This document shows positions 62,003 through 64,000 of a DNA stretch of 64,000 nucleotides, in pieces. The notes under the pieces were generated by a model that ran no database searches, was not told the origin of the DNA, and saw only the letters and a list, made by a program, of their open reading frames with translations. Origin of the DNA: a candidate division FCPU426 bacterium. Lineage in GTDB: Bacteria > Oederibacteriota > JAAXVQ01 > JAUVAV01. The stretch lies in NCBI GenBank assembly GCA_040756875.1, contig JBFLYH010000001.1, forward strand, positions 1,052,778-1,116,777. The letters run 5' to 3'. Both the position numbers and the translations under genes were made by a program. Position 1 is the stretch's first letter. The number at the start of each line of letters is the position of its first letter.

Positions 62003-62926
62003 TTGCTTTCATCGATTTTCGGACGCAATCCTAAAATCGGCCTGGCTTTGGGCGGCGGCGGCGCGCGCGGATTGGCGCACATCGGCGTGCTTAAAGTTCT
62101 GGAAGCCGCGGGGCTCAAGCCCGACGTGGTGGTGGGAACGTCCATGGGCGCGATCATGGGCGCCCTTTACGTTCACCTGCGCGACGCGCTTAAAATGGAG
62201 CAGGTGGTGCTCAAGCAGCTCCAGCATCCCAAGCTCCAGCGGCTGGGCATGGATCAGTTCACGCGCGGCCGTTCACGCCACTTTTTGGAGCGCAATCTCA
62301 AGCAGGCCATCACCAATTTGACCAAACTGTATCTGGTGACCACGGCCCTGACGCGCGATCACATCATCGCCGCCGAGCAGGTCAAAGACCTTCTTTCCCT
62401 GCTTCTGCCCACCATTCAAATCAGCGATCTTCCCCTCCCCTTCGCCACCGTGGCCACGGATCTGCTGGCCGGCAAGCCGTATGTCTTCTACGAAGGGCCG
62501 CTGCTCACGGCCGTGCAGGCTTCGGCGGCGATCCCCGGCGTTTTCGAACCCGTCCGCTATGCAGGACGGCAGCTGGTGGACGGCGCCATGGTGGCCCTGG
62601 TCCCGGTCTACGAAGCCTTCACCCTGGGCGCGGATTTCGTCCTGGCTGTGGACGTGTCGCCGCTCCCCCCCGTGGACAAGCCCCTGCGCACGGGCATCGA
62701 AATTTTCCTGCGGGCGGACATGATCGGGAACGCCACCCTGCGCGACGTGCATCTGCAAAAAGCCGACGCCGTCATCCGTGTCCAGGACCTCAACGCCGAG
62801 TGGCACGAATTTGGAAAAGCCGGTGCGATCATCGCCGCCGGCCAGGCCAGCGCGGAACACAACCTGCCCCTGATCCGCGCCGCGCTCAGGGCCCGTCTGC
62901 CGTGGTGGAGGAAAATAATAGGGTGA
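62003..62926 (+). CDS. Patatin-like phospholipase
   Basis: GGGGARG, GTSMG, ASAAIPG, DGA. Confidence 0.92.
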   Translation: MLSSIFGRNPKIGLALGGGGARGLAHIGVLKVLEAAGLKPDVVVGTSMGAIMGALYVHLRDALKMEQVVLKQLQHPKLQRLGMDQFTRGRSRHFLERNLKQAITNLTKLYLVTTALTRDHIIAAEQVKDLLSLLLPTIQISDLPLPFATVATDLLAGKPYVFYEGPLLTAVQASAAIPGVFEPVRYAGRQLVDGAMVALVPVYEAFTLGADFVLAVDVSPLPPVDKPLRTGIEIFLRADMIGNATLRDVHLQKADAVIRVQDLNAEWHEFGKAGAIIAAGQASAEHNLPLIRAALRARLPWWRKIIG

Positions 62927-62949
62927 AGGGAATGGCAGGGTGCTTTTCT

Positions 62950-63108
62950 GGCTGCGTAACTCGCCCCCGCCTCCGGCGGGAAGCTCAGACAGGTACTCGC
63001 TGCGAATAGCACCCTGTCATTCCCTTCCGAAGCAGGAGAGGTCGAAAAATACAACCAGCCTCTTTTTCGGCTGCGTAACTCGCCCCCGCTGGAGGCGGGG
63101 GCGAGGGT
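62950..63108. repeat. 21-bp direct repeat with hairpins (62950-62970, 63069-63089)
   Basis: GGCTGCGTAACTCGCCCCCGC twice; the second closes a CTCGCCCCCGC/GCGGGGGCGAG stem followed by GGTGA, like the DUF559 flanks. Confidence 0.7.
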
Positions 63109-63126
63109 GAAACAAAAGGATGAGGA

Positions 63127-63156
63127 TTGCTTCCATTTTCGCGGCCGTGCTATAAT
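63127..63156 (+). promoter_or_regulatory. Promoter of the OM protein gene
   Basis: TTGCTT-18 nt-TATAAT with extended TG. Confidence 0.65.
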
Positions 63157-63202
63157 CCTGCCGGATTATCCGTTCGCCTTAACAAACAAAAAGGAGAATG
63201 TC

Positions 63203-63775
63203 ATGAAAAAGGGTCTGATCTTGCTGGTTATGGTTTTCCTTCTGGGAGGCGCGTCCGCGGCCCGGGCTGATGTGTTCGGCACCGCGGGTATTCTGCGGCC
63301 CGGCGGCTTTGCCCTGGGCATTGAACCGTCGCTGACTTTCAATCCCAGCGATTTCACGCTGTATCTGCACGGCGGCGTGGGACTGACGCGCGGCATCGAT
63401 TTGGATTTGAAACTCGGTTTGGGATCGGAAATCTACTTCGGCGGCGATGTGGAGTTCTCGCTGATTCCGGACACGTCCCGCACGCCGGGGCTGTCGTTCA
63501 CAGCCGGCGCCCATGGCGCGAATAATTTCGGGTTGGATGCGATCCTGCTCCTGTCCAACCGTTTCTCGACTTTCAGCCTCTACGGCGCCCTGGACGCGGA
63601 CATCGAGTTCGTGGACAACGGGACCGGCGGCTCGGAAGTATTGTTGCCGCTGTATTTTGACCTGGGCGTGGCGATTCCGGTATCGCGCGCGTTCGAGGTC
63701 CTGCTGGAGGGCAACATCGCCATCACCAACGTGGCTGCCAGCGGATTGTCGGGAGGAGTAATGTTCTATTTTTGA
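63203..63775 (+). CDS. Putative small outer-membrane beta-barrel protein
   Basis: AAGGAG RBS, signal peptide ARA|D, amphipathic strands, C-terminal YF. Confidence 0.75.
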   Translation: MKKGLILLVMVFLLGGASAARADVFGTAGILRPGGFALGIEPSLTFNPSDFTLYLHGGVGLTRGIDLDLKLGLGSEIYFGGDVEFSLIPDTSRTPGLSFTAGAHGANNFGLDAILLLSNRFSTFSLYGALDADIEFVDNGTGGSEVLLPLYFDLGVAIPVSRAFEVLLEGNIAITNVAASGLSGGVMFYF

Positions 63776-63806
63776 ACCGCCATCGAACGATATTCTCCGC
63801 TGATGG

Positions 63807-64000
63807 CGGTTCACCCTAGGGTCTTTGGCCTAGGGTGAACAATGAAAAAAATCAAATCTTCTCCTCGGGCAGTCGGTTCACCCTAGGGTCTTTGGCCTAG
63901 GGTGAACAATGAAAAAAATCAAATCTTCTCCTCGGGCAGTCGGTTCACCCTAGGGTCTTTGGCCTAGGGTGAACAATGAAAAAATCAAATCTTCTCCTCG
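63807..64000. repeat. 67-bp tandem repeat, each unit with a 12-bp-stem palindrome (at least 3 copies, runs off the window)
   Basis: Units start at 63807, 63874 and 63941; GTTCACCCTAGG-8 nt-CCTAGGGTGAAC; inter-palindrome sequence identical except for one A. Confidence 0.92.

Noticed and set aside
61900-62012. Possible riboswitch upstream of the patatin gene
   Set aside because: Only a weak closing stem; no recognisable aptamer consensus
63807-64000. CRISPR array
   Set aside because: Spacers are identical and no cas genes are in the window

Overview
GC-rich diderm bacterial chromosome segment (LptE, TolC and outer-membrane barrels present). Nearly half of it is one uninterrupted minus-strand ORF of about 10,030 aa (2510-32608). 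This ORF has a signal-like N-terminus and a conserved QDLH...EG...GGYH domain, then a string of enzyme-like modules: four SAM methyltransferase-like, GNAT, two HAD, transglutaminase, Kdo-transferase-like GT-B and aldose epimerase. These modules are separated by internally duplicated membrane and zincin units. Left of it lies a DUF1538 transporter with two P-II genes. To the right are housekeeping genes (recG, rpmB, ridA, rel, ogt, murJ, rpsT, holA, lptE, leuS), a PilZ/paralog-pair/beta-propeller/PorV-like cluster, an RND+TolC pair without an adaptor, and signalling genes. At least five families of palindromic repeats occupy the intergenic spaces. One family flanks a DUF559 nuclease gene, and another occurs both in frame inside recG and in the leuS leader. 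The architecture suggests an Elusimicrobiota/Omnitrophota/FCPU426-like organism, which is inference only. All family calls come from reading motifs by eye; no database searches were run.
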